Below are positions 46,951 through 57,832 of a DNA stretch of 64,000 nt, one piece after another. Origin of the DNA: Candidatus Aenigmatarchaeota archaeon. GTDB lineage: Archaea; Aenigmatarchaeota; Aenigmatarchaeia; CG10238-14; SpSt-28. Numbering within the stretch: position 1 is the first letter of the stretch; every line of letters starts with the position of its first letter. A program made the position numbers and the translations under genes. The notes beneath the pieces were generated by a model. It was given only the letters and a program-made list of their open reading frames with translations. It had not been told where the DNA came from and did no database searches. The stretch lies in assembly GCA_038997355.1 (NCBI GenBank), contig JAWBAC010000001.1, positions 4,820-68,819 of the forward strand, in the 5' to 3' direction.

Positions 46951-47721
46951 ATGGTATTAGAATCTTTAATTGGAGTTAAGACTTTAAAAGAAAAACCTTG
47001 GATAGCATTTTTCTATTCTGCTATAATAGCGATAGTTAGTGTTTACGTTTCTTATGTTGTTTTTACAGAATATGCTGGAATTTTCATAGCAATTTTCATT
47101 TCTGTAGCAATTACACCAATATTTAAAACTCTTATATTATCTCAAATGAAAAAAGAAATATATAGATTTAGAAAGAGTTTTTTTGAAAGACATTATGAAA
47201 CCATAAAATCTTTCCTTATAATATTTTTCGGATTAGTTTTTGGATTAACATCTATTTTTTACATTCTTCCAGAAGAAATTTCAGAAAAAATTTTTAAACA
47301 ACAAATAGAAACTATAGAAAAAATAAGAGGAAACTTTATGGTAAATGATATTTTTCTTAAAATATTTCTAAATAATTTCTCTGTTCTAACTTTATCTTTT
47401 ATTCTATCTTTTATTTATGGCGGTTTCTTAATAGTTTTAGCTTGGAATATTACTGTTCTATCTTCTGCAATAGGAATGTTAAAAGAAACTTATGGAATTC
47501 TTGCCTTACCAATAGGATTGTTAACTTATTTACCTCACGGAATTTTTGAATTTATTGCATATTTTATAGGGAGTTTCGCAGGATTAATACTTTCCTCTTA
47601 TTTTATGAAAGGAAAATTTAAATCAAGCTACATACTTAAAGATGCTATAAGACTTTATTTGTTTGGAATAATTATTCTATTCATAGGTGCAATTATAGAA
47701 GTATATTTATTGTTATCTTAA
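46951..47721 (+). CDS. SpoIIM-family membrane protein
   Basis: IFLNN...WN...LPHGIFE..AY...AIIE pattern. Confidence 0.85.
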   Translation: MVLESLIGVKTLKEKPWIAFFYSAIIAIVSVYVSYVVFTEYAGIFIAIFISVAITPIFKTLILSQMKKEIYRFRKSFFERHYETIKSFLIIFFGLVFGLTSIFYILPEEISEKIFKQQIETIEKIRGNFMVNDIFLKIFLNNFSVLTLSFILSFIYGGFLIVLAWNITVLSSAIGMLKETYGILALPIGLLTYLPHGIFEFIAYFIGSFAGLILSSYFMKGKFKSSYILKDAIRLYLFGIIILFIGAIIEVYLLLS

Positions 47722-47729
47722 TTTTATTA

Positions 47730-48626
47730 ATGTATAATCATTTAATATTTTCACACAACGATTTAGATGGTTTAATAAGTGCAGCGATAGCTGCAAAAAG
47801 CTTAGAAGGAAAGTATAAGGTATATTTTTCTTCAAACGTTGCTCTAAAATCCTTATTTTTCAAAGCTTTATCCAAAATGGATAATTATGAAAACATTTAT
47901 TTCTTTGATTTTAGCATAAGAGAAGAAATATTAAAAGTTTCAGCAACATTATTTAAAAAAGTTGTTTGGATTGATCATCATATCAATAATAACATTTTAA
48001 ACTTTCAAAATTCAGAAATAATAATAGATACTTCTTCAGAAAGCGCCGCAAAATTAGTTGCAAAATATTTTAATTTTTATTCTGATTGGATTGATATAGT
48101 TAATGAAGTTGATACAAATAATTGCAAATCAGAAATTTCAATGATAATAAGAGATTATTTTTCCTATCTAAGAATAAAGTATAAAAATCTTTATAACAGA
48201 GTTCTTGCAATAAAAGTTAACAAAATTTTAGATACACATCCAAAAGATTTTATAAACATAGAAGAAGTAAAATCTTCTATTTCAGAATTCGAAAAAATGA
48301 AACAACATTTTATAGAAATTATAGATAGTTCTTTTGAAATTAGAGATGTAAAAAATTTAAAAATTGCAACAGTCGAAATTAAAGAGAATATTCCTCCTTA
48401 TATAATTTATGACCATGTAAAATCCAAAAATAATGCAGATATGCTTTTAATAATCTACAGAGGTTTGAGAGGAACAAAATTAGAATTTAGAAGTTTTAAC
48501 GATATAGATGTACAAAAGATTGCTAAATTCTTTAATGGTGGCGGCCATAAAAAGGCTTCTGGCGCTTATTTGAAAGAAAACCTAACAAAATCACAAATAT
48601 TGCAAAAAATAGAAGAGTTATTATGA
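47730..48626 (+). CDS. DHH/DHHA1 phosphoesterase
   Basis: SHNDLDG, WIDHH and GGGHKKASG motifs. Confidence 0.9.
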   Translation: MYNHLIFSHNDLDGLISAAIAAKSLEGKYKVYFSSNVALKSLFFKALSKMDNYENIYFFDFSIREEILKVSATLFKKVVWIDHHINNNILNFQNSEIIIDTSSESAAKLVAKYFNFYSDWIDIVNEVDTNNCKSEISMIIRDYFSYLRIKYKNLYNRVLAIKVNKILDTHPKDFINIEEVKSSISEFEKMKQHFIEIIDSSFEIRDVKNLKIATVEIKENIPPYIIYDHVKSKNNADMLLIIYRGLRGTKLEFRSFNDIDVQKIAKFFNGGGHKKASGAYLKENLTKSQILQKIEELL

Positions 48627-49116
48627 GAAGTTCTAAGGAAAAACTTCCTAAAGAAAAAGAAGATACTGAAAGATTTAAATAACTTCTTATACAGGTTTTA
48701 CCACTCTGTATAGTGCAATATTCTGTAGAACAATCCTGAATTATTTCTCCATAACTTTTAACTAATCCACTACTACAAACTTTAATTTCTACTCTTCTAC
48801 CTTGTAAGCTAGTATAAGCAATCAATCTTATTGGTACAGAATTTTCCTGATTAGGTTCTAAGCTCAAAGAATAACTTATAGGACTAACATAAACATCTAA
48901 ACTGTTTGATGTAAGAGTTATATTATAAATGTCGCCCAAAAAACCAGAATTTTTGATAGTTATATAAAATATAACCTCTTCATTCAATTTAGCATTTACA
49001 TTTTGTGGAATTCTAACAGAAAAACTATATGGAAGAAAAGAATGCGAAAATGTATAAAAAGCGAAAAATAGTGCTACAATAATTATAAAAATAAATACTT
49101 TATTAAGGCTAATCAT
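48532..49116 (-). CDS. Membrane-anchored Ig-like surface protein
   Basis: N- and C-terminal TM; ITIKNSG..D.YNI...LEPNQ. Confidence 0.6.
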   Translation of the reverse strand: MISLNKVFIFIIIVALFFAFYTFSHSFLPYSFSVRIPQNVNAKLNEEVIFYITIKNSGFLGDIYNITLTSNSLDVYVSPISYSLSLEPNQENSVPIRLIAYTSLQGRRVEIKVCSSGLVKSYGEIIQDCSTEYCTIQSGKTCIRSYLNLSVSSFSLGSFSLELLIITLLFFAIFVILLGFLSNKRQKPFYGRHH

Positions 49117-49129
49117 AAATTATATTAGA

Positions 49130-50401
49130 ATGATAAAAATAAAGTTTTTAGGCGCACTAAATGAAATTGGAAACAGTGGAATACTAATAGAAACAGAAAA
49201 AGAAAAAGTAGTTTTAGATTATGGATTAAAAGTTTTTGAAAATCCACCAAAACCACCTTTAAAAGTTAATAGTGTTGATTACGTTATTTTATCGCATTCA
49301 CATTTAGATCATAGTGGTTCTTTGCCTTTACTATTACACTCTAAACCAAAAGTATATGCACTAAGACCAACAAAAGAAATCACAAAAATATTACTAAAAG
49401 ATAACTTAAAGGTTTTGAAAAGAAAAGGAATAATCACATACTTTAACGAAAATGATATAGAAAAAATTATTTCTAGATTTAGAAATTTAACATACGAAAA
49501 AAATTTAGATAAAAAAACATTTAGTTTTAAGTTAATAGATGCAGGCCATATATTAGGAGCTAGCATGATAGAAATAATTTCTGAGGATAAAAGAATAATT
49601 TATACAGGAGATTTTAAGTTAAAAGAAACAAATCTTACTTTTGGAGCTTCTTTGCCAGAAAAAGATCCAGATATATTAATTACAGAAAGTACTTATTGGT
49701 ATAGAGTTTTGCCAGAGAGAGATAAATTAGAGAAAGAATTTGTAAATGATATAAAAGAAGTTTTGGATAAAGATGGTACAGTATTACTACCTTCGCTAGC
49801 TGTAGGAAGAGCACAAGAAATTTTAACAATTTTAGCAAAGTATAATTTACATAAACAAGTTGAAATATATGTAGATGGTATGATAATAGAAGTTAATAAA
49901 GTATATTCTCAATTCGAAAATTATCTTAATGACAGAAAAAACTTTATTAAAGCATTAAAGGAAGTTAAAAAAGTTAAGAGAAGAGCTCAAAGAAAAGAAA
50001 TAATTAAAAAGCAAAGCCCAAAAATTATTATTGCTGGCTCTGGAATGTTAGAAGGAGGTCCTGCAAATTATTATGCTAGATATGTTATAGAAGATGAAAA
50101 CTCTGCAATATTTTTAACATGCTATCAAGTTGAAAAAACTGTTGGAAGAACTTTACTAGAAACTGGTAGACTAATAACTAATGATGGATTAAATAAAAAA
50201 GTTAAATGTAAATATAAACTATATGAATTTTCTGCTCATGCAGATAGAGAAGAAATTTTAGAATTTATTGAACGATTAAACCCTAAAATTGTTTTTTTAG
50301 TACATGGAGAAAATTTAGAAAATTTCGAAAAAGAACTAAAAGAAAGAAATATTAATGCAATTGTGCCTACATATGAAAGCAATACATATATTTTACCCTA
50401 A
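49130..50401 (+). CDS. Beta-CASP metallo-beta-lactamase ribonuclease
   Basis: SHSHLDHSG, AGHILG, YTGD, ESTY, VGRAQE, FSAHAD and VHGE motifs. Confidence 0.93.
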   Translation: MIKIKFLGALNEIGNSGILIETEKEKVVLDYGLKVFENPPKPPLKVNSVDYVILSHSHLDHSGSLPLLLHSKPKVYALRPTKEITKILLKDNLKVLKRKGIITYFNENDIEKIISRFRNLTYEKNLDKKTFSFKLIDAGHILGASMIEIISEDKRIIYTGDFKLKETNLTFGASLPEKDPDILITESTYWYRVLPERDKLEKEFVNDIKEVLDKDGTVLLPSLAVGRAQEILTILAKYNLHKQVEIYVDGMIIEVNKVYSQFENYLNDRKNFIKALKEVKKVKRRAQRKEIIKKQSPKIIIAGSGMLEGGPANYYARYVIEDENSAIFLTCYQVEKTVGRTLLETGRLITNDGLNKKVKCKYKLYEFSAHADREEILEFIERLNPKIVFLVHGENLENFEKELKERNINAIVPTYESNTYILP

Positions 50402-51568
50402 TAGTTTTTCTTCTATCCTTAGCATCTCATTAATTTTTACTGTTCTTTCTCCAGCAATTCCCAGCTTAATATAATCAGCTCCGAAACCCACAGCCAAATG
50501 AGAAATAATTGGATCTTCTGTTTCTCCACTTCTGTGAGAAAATACTAGCTTAATATCGTTCTTTTTTGCAAATCTTACTAATTCTGCAACTCTTGAAATT
50601 AATCCAACTTGATTTGGTTTAACTATTACAGCATTAACAGATTTTAATTCTACTGCTTTTTTTAATCTTTCTATATTTGTGGCGATTAAATCATCGCCAA
50701 CTATTAATTTTTGAGAAAAATGAGAATAAAAAGTTGAAAAACTAACAAAATCGTCTTCATGAAATGGATCTTCGATATAAAATATTCGTGATTCACTAAC
50801 CAAATCAAACAAATAAGTTAAATATTCGATTCTGTTCATTTCTAATCCTTCTTTTTCTAAAACATACAAATTCTTTTCTGCATCATAAAAAGAAGATGCC
50901 GCAACATCTATTCCCAAAAGCAAATCGATAGAAAATTTATCAAGAATTTCCAAAATTTTTTTAGTAGATAAATTTGTTATCCATGCTGATTCTATATTTC
51001 TTCCAAAATTGAATTTCCTATCTTCTATTTTGAGTATTTCTGCAATTCTAAAATATGCGTTTATAATCTTTTTTATCTCTTCCTTAAAATATGGTGATTT
51101 AGCTATTAGCAAAAACTCTTGAAAATCGCTCCCTCCAAAATGTTTTCCCCCACCAATAACATTACATACTGGTTTTGGAATTTTTACCTTTTCCCCAAAA
51201 TGATCAGAAACATATTCAAAAACCTCTAAATCTTCATGCAATGCAAAAGCTTTAATCATTGCTAAAGAAATCCCTAAAGCTAAATTTCCTCCAATTTTTT
51301 CTAAGTTTGGTGTATCATCATATTTTTGAATTACTTGCTCTACTTCTTCAAATGTTTTGAATTCCTTCATTTTAAACTCATCCTTTATTCTTAGAAAGTT
51401 TTCAATAACTTTTTCAGTTGGTAAATTAACAACTTCATATTTACCTTTACTAGTACCTATAGGAACACTAGCCCTAACTTTTCCCTTAGAAATTTCTACT
51501 TCTACTTCTATAGTACTTTTTAGATTGTGAGAAAAAATTTCCCTTATAGAAATATCTCTTACTATCAT
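50393..51568 (-). CDS. eno: Enolase
   Basis: NVIGGGKH, FQEF, IEDPF, VGDDL, KPNQVG and SHRSGETED motifs. Confidence 0.95.
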   Translation of the reverse strand: MIVRDISIREIFSHNLKSTIEVEVEISKGKVRASVPIGTSKGKYEVVNLPTEKVIENFLRIKDEFKMKEFKTFEEVEQVIQKYDDTPNLEKIGGNLALGISLAMIKAFALHEDLEVFEYVSDHFGEKVKIPKPVCNVIGGGKHFGGSDFQEFLLIAKSPYFKEEIKKIINAYFRIAEILKIEDRKFNFGRNIESAWITNLSTKKILEILDKFSIDLLLGIDVAASSFYDAEKNLYVLEKEGLEMNRIEYLTYLFDLVSESRIFYIEDPFHEDDFVSFSTFYSHFSQKLIVGDDLIATNIERLKKAVELKSVNAVIVKPNQVGLISRVAELVRFAKKNDIKLVFSHRSGETEDPIISHLAVGFGADYIKLGIAGERTVKINEMLRIEEKLLG

Positions 51569-52770
51569 AGTTTTTTAAGAAAGTTCCATAAATCTTTGGG
51601 ATAGAATTCTTTCTTAGATTTTGAAGCATCAACTTCGCTAAAGTTCTTCATACTATTTCCTTTTATCTTCTCGCTATAAATTAATATTGGTACGAAACCA
51701 AATTCATGCCTTCCAGTAATACAATCCGTAATGTGATCTCCAGTAATTACTAAAGCGCTATTTTCAAAATCAATATTATTTAATAAATATCCAACGTATT
51801 TATCTAACATTTCTATAACTTCTTTTTTTCTTTTGCAATCTTTATCATGCCCAGCTTCATCTGCACCTTTAATATGCATATAAATTATTTGATATTTTTT
51901 TCTAGCTTCTAATGCTTTCTTAAATATGAAATCGAATTGGTTTTCTAATTCCATTTCTTCAACATTTATTGTTTCAAAACCCGCAACTTTACAGCTACCC
52001 TTTATTACGCCATTCTCTGCTATAACAACTCCATTTTTAAACTTCCATTTTTTGAAAAAATTAGGTATTTTTGGTAATTTATTTCCAGCTTCTCTAGTTA
52101 ATAAATAATTCGCTTCTAATAATCCAAGCTCTTTTCTTTTTTTGTTTATTTCGTGTTTCTTTGCAAAAAAGTAAAATTTTTCTAAAAGTTTTTGAACTAT
52201 TTGAGCAGATTTTTTAGCTAAGGGTTTTTTAGAAGTTGGTAAAACAAAATTCACTCTTTTTCCATTTTCTAATGGATCGCTATTAGTTATTTCATCGCTC
52301 AACTTCTCTTTTATAATTAAAACACCCCTATGCCCATAAGTTCTTTTTAATACAAATGGAACTTCAAAATCAATTTTATTAAAATCTTCAACTAATTTAT
52401 CTAATCCATAAACATTCCTACCAACTCTTCTATCTTTAACTATTAAATTTTCGTCTACACTTCCAAAATCTACTCTAATAGCAAGCCAACCATTCTTATA
52501 TTCTAAATCGCTACCAATCGCTTCTATTACTCCTCTTTTAATGTAAAGTTTTGAAACATTATAACCTAAAATGCTGAAATTTGCATATTGGCTAACGCTT
52601 GCATATCCGCTTTTTGGCCATGTTTTTTTAGTTAATGGCCAAAATCTTGCAACTATTGATTTAGATAAAATAGAAGATATATTGGGCTTAATCGCTAATT
52701 TTAATGGCGTGTCTTTTCTTTTTAAATCTGCTAGTCCATCAACTAAGATAAAAAATATGTTTTCAAGCAT
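51565..52770 (-). CDS. apgM: Cofactor-independent phosphoglycerate mutase (ApgM type)
   Basis: DGLAD..TPL, DRRVGR, HRGVL, HIKGADEAGHD and TGDH motifs. Confidence 0.88.
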   Translation of the reverse strand: MLENIFFILVDGLADLKRKDTPLKLAIKPNISSILSKSIVARFWPLTKKTWPKSGYASVSQYANFSILGYNVSKLYIKRGVIEAIGSDLEYKNGWLAIRVDFGSVDENLIVKDRRVGRNVYGLDKLVEDFNKIDFEVPFVLKRTYGHRGVLIIKEKLSDEITNSDPLENGKRVNFVLPTSKKPLAKKSAQIVQKLLEKFYFFAKKHEINKKRKELGLLEANYLLTREAGNKLPKIPNFFKKWKFKNGVVIAENGVIKGSCKVAGFETINVEEMELENQFDFIFKKALEARKKYQIIYMHIKGADEAGHDKDCKRKKEVIEMLDKYVGYLLNNIDFENSALVITGDHITDCITGRHEFGFVPILIYSEKIKGNSMKNFSEVDASKSKKEFYPKDLWNFLKKL

Positions 52771-52777
52771 AAAATAA

Positions 52778-54175
52778 TTATCTTAATACATACTTTATTT
52801 TTGGTTTAGAAAACTTTATTTCTCCAACAATTTCTAAAAGAGGTTTTATAGTATAAGAAATTATTACTTCTTCTTTAGGCTTTAATTCTCTAATTTTCCA
52901 AGTTAATTCATATCCATCCTTAGTTTTTTTAACTGTCGGTTTTATAGTTTCAAAAGAAACAATAGAGAATAAAGAAGGTACAAAGTCTTTGATTTCTATA
53001 TTTTTCATTTTTTTGTTCTTTCTGTTTTTAATTATTAGCTTAATTTTATAAATCTCTTCTTCTTTTTCAACTTTTTTAGTATAAATTGGTACAAAATAGA
53101 AGAAGAATAAAAACATAAAAGCAAGTAAAAGTATTAAAGAAATTGTTGCAATAGGAATCCAATAAATTATTGAATAAGAGAATTTTATCTCTTCTCCAGG
53201 CTTTAGATTAATATTCCATATTGCAACATCATCTTTTATTTCTGGTTGCAAATCTTTAAAAACAGTAAAATATCTTAACAAAGCTGGAATTCTTTCTTCT
53301 AATTTAACATTTTCCTCTACATTTCCATAATTTTTAAGATTGATCGTAATTTTGTATTCTAAAAATGTTTGCTCTACTTTTACATCTTTTGAAACATTTC
53401 TAACTTCTTTTACTTCTACATCAAACACTAATTTAGAAATTAATTTGTTAGATTCGTCATAAGAACTTATTACATAAGAATATTTTCCAGGTTTTGTATA
53501 AAGAGTAATTTTCTCATTATATGTAAATGTTTCTTCTGAAAACGAAAGAATGTTTAAATTATATTCTTTTTCGCTAATTAAAGTTTTTCCCTCATAATAC
53601 TTTTGTAAAAATATTTTAACGTTTGATGCGTATTCCTTTAAATTTTTAAATTTTACATATATATTTACTTCATCGTCTATGTTTAAAATTTGCTTATTAA
53701 CACCAAAATCTTCAACAATTATTTCGCTTTTGCTCGAAACCTCTAAAGAAACCTCATACACATCTAAGGTTTTTCCATATGTTGGATGAAAATACTCTAC
53801 AAAAATCTTATATGTTACTATTCTTTCCCTAGAAGTTATTGGTATCTTTATTATTAAGTATGTAGTTGATTGAGAGTTTGCCTTAACTAATAATTCATTA
53901 TTCTCTACATAAGCACTAATACCTTCAAAATATGGTGGAAAAACAGTTAGAAATACTTTCAAATCAGAATTTAAAGGATTTGAAATTTTTATAGGTATTT
54001 TTAAAGTATCGCCAGCAACTGCTCTAACATATCTTTGAACATCAACAAAAATAGAAGATGATTCTATTGGTTTTAGTATTAAAAGGTTTATTGCAAAAAC
54101 TAAAAAAATTGTTATTAATATTTCTCTTTTCATCATATTTATTTTCATTTTAAAATTATTTAAGTTTTTTGCCAT
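52778..54175 (-). CDS. Membrane-anchored Ig-like / S-layer-like protein
   Basis: Signal-like segment, repeated N.G...W...LKP.EE beta domains, internal TM. Confidence 0.65.
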   Translation of the reverse strand: MAKNLNNFKMKINMMKREILITIFLVFAINLLILKPIESSSIFVDVQRYVRAVAGDTLKIPIKISNPLNSDLKVFLTVFPPYFEGISAYVENNELLVKANSQSTTYLIIKIPITSRERIVTYKIFVEYFHPTYGKTLDVYEVSLEVSSKSEIIVEDFGVNKQILNIDDEVNIYVKFKNLKEYASNVKIFLQKYYEGKTLISEKEYNLNILSFSEETFTYNEKITLYTKPGKYSYVISSYDESNKLISKLVFDVEVKEVRNVSKDVKVEQTFLEYKITINLKNYGNVEENVKLEERIPALLRYFTVFKDLQPEIKDDVAIWNINLKPGEEIKFSYSIIYWIPIATISLILLLAFMFLFFFYFVPIYTKKVEKEEEIYKIKLIIKNRKNKKMKNIEIKDFVPSLFSIVSFETIKPTVKKTKDGYELTWKIRELKPKEEVIISYTIKPLLEIVGEIKFSKPKIKYVLR

Positions 54176-54692
54176 ATTCGTTGTAAAAAAGAATAGATTC
54201 CAAAGGTTTTCTTTCTGGTCTTACTGGATCTTCATCTGCATAGCCTACAGGAATTATAAATATTGGTTTTATATTTTCAGGAAGTTTTAATAATTCGCTA
54301 ATCTTTTTATCATCGAAAGCAGCAACTATACAACTAGCTAATCCCAACGCAGTTAAACTTAAAATGAAATTTGCTGCAGCAAAAGAGCAATCCATATACA
54401 TATATCTTTCTTTACCTCTCTTCCCATATGCATTATATATTTCTTCTTCATCAGCACAAATAACCAAAACATAAGGAGCTTCCTTGATGAAATCTTGATT
54501 ATAAGAATATTCGGCAAGTTTTTCTTTAATCTTTTCGTCTTCAACTAAAATAAATCTCCATTCTTGAGTATTACCAGCTGAAGGGGCTAAAATTGCTAAA
54601 TCTAAGGCGGCAAGTATATACTTTAAATCTGGCTTAATTCTTTTATATTTTCTTATACTTTTTCTTTTTTGTATGGCTTCAAAGATATTCAT
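54156..54692 (-). CDS. Nitroreductase family protein
   Basis: RKSIRKY, APSAGNTQEW, LGLASC and PVGY motifs. Confidence 0.92.
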   Translation of the reverse strand: MNIFEAIQKRKSIRKYKRIKPDLKYILAALDLAILAPSAGNTQEWRFILVEDEKIKEKLAEYSYNQDFIKEAPYVLVICADEEEIYNAYGKRGKERYMYMDCSFAAANFILSLTALGLASCIVAAFDDKKISELLKLPENIKPIFIIPVGYADEDPVRPERKPLESILFYNEYGKKLK

Positions 54693-55435
54693 AGAAAACT
54701 TCTAAATTTAAACATTTCCCATATGCTAGGTTTAAACTCTATTAACTCTCCACTTAAATAACTTGCAAAAGTTAAAATCTGAGAAGATATGAAAGAATTA
54801 GGATAAAGCTCTATGAAAGGAACTCTTTTTTCAATAGAGATTCTTACTCTCTTATCTTCTGGAAGAATTAAATTAATTTCTCTATTCAAATATTCTTCAA
54901 TCTTTTTTACATCATTTTTGTTATTAACTCTGTTTGCAACAACAGAAATAACTCTTTTATCTATTCTTTTACAAACTTCTAAAACTCTCTTCGCATCTAT
55001 TATGCTCGAAATTTCTGGATTTACAACTAATATTATTTCATTAGAATTCATTAAAGATGTTAATGCTTCTCTTCCAATTCCTGCTGCTGTATCTAAGATT
55101 ATAAATTCATCCTTTAATTTTTCTAAAAATATTTTGAAGTTTTCGATTCTAGCATTAATCATAGATTCTAAATCTACACTACCAGCAACTATTTTAAAGC
55201 CATAAGCTGTTCTAAAAATTATTTTACTTACATCGTTAACTTTTTCACTTAGAAAATCGTGAATAGTATTAAAATAAGTTAAATATCCGCTTAATAATGC
55301 GGTGTTTGGAGTTGTAAAGTTTGCATCTATTAATGTTACGCTTTTATTCAACTTAGCTAACGCATATGCTAAATTTACTGAAAAGAATGTTTTTCCTGCA
55401 CCACCTTTTCCGCTAGTTACAGCTATTATTCTCAT
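54689..55435 (-). CDS. minD: MinD-like ATPase
   Basis: SGKGGAGKT, IDA, ILDTAAG and NPEISSIIDA motifs. Confidence 0.88.
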   Translation of the reverse strand: MRIIAVTSGKGGAGKTFFSVNLAYALAKLNKSVTLIDANFTTPNTALLSGYLTYFNTIHDFLSEKVNDVSKIIFRTAYGFKIVAGSVDLESMINARIENFKIFLEKLKDEFIILDTAAGIGREALTSLMNSNEIILVVNPEISSIIDAKRVLEVCKRIDKRVISVVANRVNNKNDVKKIEEYLNREINLILPEDKRVRISIEKRVPFIELYPNSFISSQILTFASYLSGELIEFKPSIWEMFKFRSFL

Positions 55436-56850
55436 AATACTAACTTTTCTTTAAAAATGAATTTTCTAAGGAATTTTCCAAAGCTTTCATCTTCTTTAAC
55501 AAAACTCATTATTTTAGATGTTTCGTTAGTTATATCGAATTGTTTTGAAATTGAAGAAGCAACAAAGCTTGGAATTCCTTTTTCTCTTAAAGTCTTTTCA
55601 TCTTTGCTTAAGCTATCTATAATTTTATCTATTGCTCTAACAAATCTTCTTGGAACTTCTGCTACCCATCTATCTTTTTCTATGTAAGTTAAATAGTCCT
55701 TATACTTTTCCAAAAATCTCTTAGTATTTTCTAAATCGAAAAAAATTGGACCTAATTTTTTCTCAACTTTTGGTAATTTAGAAATTTCCATTTCTAAAAC
55801 CAAATAGCAATATTTTTCGTTGCAATAAACATCTTTATTCAAAACTTTAAAATTATATTTTAGCAAAATATCTTCTATTCTATTTGCAAATTTTCTCATT
55901 TGAGGATAAATTATATCATCAACAACTTTTGGTCTAAAAAATCTTAAAACTATTAATTCAGTTCTTCTATCCATTTGATATTTTATTAATTCTTCTTGCT
56001 TTATAGTTTCATATTCTTTTGGTATGAAAAATTTAATCGAAGGATTTTCTAAAAACTTTCTTGCCAAATTTATAAACTTAAAATAATTTTCTACACTTAC
56101 AGCAGCCGCTGCATTTCTATCTTTATCAACAGGATCAATAATTATTAGAGGTTGATTTTTAAATATTTTTGGCAAGAATTCTTTTTCCTTTTCTGAATAA
56201 TAATTTTCGATATCTATTATAGTTATCGGTTTCCAATTTGCAGCTGCTTTAATAACATTCAAAAAGCTACCATAATTAATTATTAATAGCTCGCAAACAT
56301 ATCCGCTAAAGCCATTAACTTTTGCATCTGCTCCATAAATCTCGTTTGCAAGCATAAACTTCTTTAATAATCTTACTTCATCGTTTAAAATATTTTTTAT
56401 TTTCTCTCTAACATAAGTTGTGTGAAATGGTGTTCTATCTACTGCGCTAATTCTTTCGCTGGCTTTTTCAACTCTATATGCAGGAACTATATCAATTTGA
56501 ACATCTCTATATTTAATTCTTACATATGGATGTTCTGCATATTCTATAACATATTCTGCATTCAAATCTTCTGCAATTCTTCTACCAATTAATAATCCGA
56601 GTTCTTCTAATCTATCTCTATCAACCTTCGGAGAAAACAGAATAAAAACATCCATCTCATATTTTTTTGGTAACCAAGTATTTTTTGCAAAACTTCCACA
56701 AAGCATAACCTCTGCATTATATACTTTTGCATGTTGATTTGCAACATTAAGAACTTTTTCTTTTATTTCTTCCATATAATCGTATTCTGCTTTAGTAGGA
56801 ATTGATAATTTTAATGCCTCTTTTATAACTTCTTTATATTTTTCTTCCAT
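55432..56850 (-). CDS. cca: Archaeal CCA-adding enzyme (class I)
   Basis: GSFAKNTWL..EMDVF, YAEHPY, SAVDRTPFH, GFSGY and DPVD motifs. Confidence 0.96.
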   Translation of the reverse strand: MEEKYKEVIKEALKLSIPTKAEYDYMEEIKEKVLNVANQHAKVYNAEVMLCGSFAKNTWLPKKYEMDVFILFSPKVDRDRLEELGLLIGRRIAEDLNAEYVIEYAEHPYVRIKYRDVQIDIVPAYRVEKASERISAVDRTPFHTTYVREKIKNILNDEVRLLKKFMLANEIYGADAKVNGFSGYVCELLIINYGSFLNVIKAAANWKPITIIDIENYYSEKEKEFLPKIFKNQPLIIIDPVDKDRNAAAAVSVENYFKFINLARKFLENPSIKFFIPKEYETIKQEELIKYQMDRRTELIVLRFFRPKVVDDIIYPQMRKFANRIEDILLKYNFKVLNKDVYCNEKYCYLVLEMEISKLPKVEKKLGPIFFDLENTKRFLEKYKDYLTYIEKDRWVAEVPRRFVRAIDKIIDSLSKDEKTLREKGIPSFVASSISKQFDITNETSKIMSFVKEDESFGKFLRKFIFKEKLVL

Positions 56851-56909
56851 AAATATTTGGAAGTAATAATTTATTTTGATTGTTGATATATTTTTAAATT
56901 ATATAGCAG

Positions 56910-56984
56910 AGCGGGGTAGGGCAGCCTGGAGTGCCCGCCGGGCTCATAACCCGGAGGTCCCCGGTTCAAATCCGGGCCCCGCTA
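56910..56984 (+). tRNA. Initiator tRNA-Met(CAT)
   Basis: A1:U72 pair; GGG/CCC anticodon stem; CT-CAT-AA loop. Confidence 0.96.
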
Positions 56985-57032
56985 TAATTAATTCTTTCCA
57001 CTCTTCTCCAAAGAATTAAAAAATAAAAAAGA

Positions 57033-57551
57033 TTAAGGAGAAAGTTTAGCAAAGAATTCTTTTAGTGCAATTCTATTTATTATTTCAACTACTTTTCTAT
57101 TAACATACTTTTTCCATTCTTCATTTCCCTCTTTTATTAATCTTCTTATGTTTGTTCCGTTTATTGTATCATACTTAAATGGTTTAAATCTCTTAACCTG
57201 CTTTTTGCTTTCGAAGCTTTTTGCTACCCAATCGCTTGCTGTATATACTTCATCGAAATTTGCTTTTTGAATTAATTCATTTGCCCATTCTTCATCGCTG
57301 CTCTTATCTTCTATTGTTATTATTTCTATTTTTCCTTCGTTTATCTCTTTTGAAAACACTGCCTCTAACATTAACTTTCTTTCTTCTGCTGTGAAAGGAT
57401 TATTTTCGCTTCTAGCTTTATCTGCGCTTCCTATTACTACTATTACTTTTTCATATAGCTTTAGTGCTTTCTTTATAGCTCTTTCATGACCTTTGTGCAA
57501 AGGTTGAAACCTAGCAACAAAAAGTCCTACTGCCATGATATACTTTTTCAT
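57033..57551 (-). CDS. nadM: NMN adenylyltransferase (NadM type)
   Basis: RFQPLHKGH, IGSA, NPFTAEER and NGTNIR motifs. Confidence 0.88.
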   Translation of the reverse strand: MKKYIMAVGLFVARFQPLHKGHERAIKKALKLYEKVIVVIGSADKARSENNPFTAEERKLMLEAVFSKEINEGKIEIITIEDKSSDEEWANELIQKANFDEVYTASDWVAKSFESKKQVKRFKPFKYDTINGTNIRRLIKEGNEEWKKYVNRKVVEIINRIALKEFFAKLSP

Positions 57552-57567
57552 TAATCTTTAAAAATTT

Positions 57568-57804
57568 TTACTTCCTTTCTCTTAAGTAGTATAATGGTAA
57601 GCCTTTGTATGCAGATAAATATAACATTATTATAATAATTAAAAAGATAGTCATTATAAAAATTAAACCAATGAGATCTAATTTCTCATTTTCTGGCACT
57701 ATAGAATTAATATAAAATATGAATATCATTACAATAAATAGAATAGCTAAATTTATCCAAAACACCCATTTAGGTAATATAACTTCTTTTACTTTTTCTT
57801 TCAT
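57568..57804 (-). CDS. Small two-TM membrane protein
   Basis: Two hydrophobic segments; C-terminal G.LPLY. Confidence 0.6.
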   Translation of the reverse strand: MKEKVKEVILPKWVFWINLAILFIVMIFIFYINSIVPENEKLDLIGLIFIMTIFLIIIIMLYLSAYKGLPLYYLRERK

Positions 57805-57832
57805 AATATCTAATCTAAAAACAAAAAATTTT

